From Balanoglossus misakiensis (lineage: Eukaryota > Animalia > Hemichordata), in the NCBI GenBank assembly GCA_040954595.2, contig CM082593.2, positions 7,042,043 through 7,106,042 on the forward strand: 64,000 nt of DNA. Reading direction: 5' to 3'. Both the position numbers and the translations under genes were made by a program. Shown here piece by piece: positions 63,519 to 64,000 of this stretch. A model generated the notes under the pieces. The model worked only from the letters and a program-made list of their open reading frames with translations. It was not told where the DNA came from and did not search any database. Within the stretch, counting starts at the first letter, position 1; each line of letters opens with the position of its first letter.

Positions 63519-64000
63519 GTAAGCAGCGTGAGATTTTTGTGTCGCTTCCTGGCGGGAAAGATTAGCTTACCGCAAACTGTGAGTCTACGTCATAGAAGTC
63601 ACTGCCTTCACCGGCGGTTTTTGTTCGCCATCCGTCTTGCGGCAACAAAAGTTACAAAACAGAGCTACAAAAACAAATTCTACTCGAGGCCAAGTTGTGA
63701 AAAGGACGGTGGTTGAAATCTGTGATAATATCACAAACGTTTGGATACGTGTAAAGTGCTATGCTAGGGTTGGCAATTGAATTTCTGTCCGGACTAAAAT
63801 CCAATAGCCAACAATGAGAATACTGGTTATGAATGTATAGTCTTTGGAGGAAAGCTGAATACTGGATATGTCAAGAAATAACGGGTATTGGGCTCACAAA
63901 TAAAACATATTAATCATACAATCATAATTTGAGTTTTTAGGGATAGCGGTAACTTATTTCATACCGTGTATCCGCCATGTTGCTTTTATGTTTTCGTGGT

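Overview
This is eukaryotic genomic DNA, roughly 40% GC by eye with CpG not obviously depleted. It is almost entirely intergenic or intronic and rich in microsatellites and small non-autonomous DNA transposons. The repeat landscape suggests a marine invertebrate, possibly a hemichordate-like deuterostome (inference, not verified). The only confident gene is the 5' part of a spliced two-pore-domain (K2P/KCNK/TWK-family) potassium channel on the + strand. Its coding exons are 59868-60327 and 63417-63518, joined by a phase-1 intron inside the TTIG|YG selectivity filter, and the gene continues past the window. Candidate non-coding 5' exons lie at about 45-55 kb. Mobile DNA includes two near-identical ~0.8 kb Harbinger-like MITEs with 3-bp target-site duplications (TSDs), a TTAA-flanked ~260 bp MITE, a small family carrying TCTCGCGAGA, several degenerate copies of a repeat containing GGCGGCCATTTTGAA, and a decayed THAP-like coding relic. 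Nearly all short ORFs in the supplied track are noise. I found no evidence for a novel multi-gene system. The most interesting observations are local: a template-switch scar in one MITE copy, tandem in-frame splice donors in the channel, a uORF-rich 5' UTR, and transposon-borne transcription-factor motifs.
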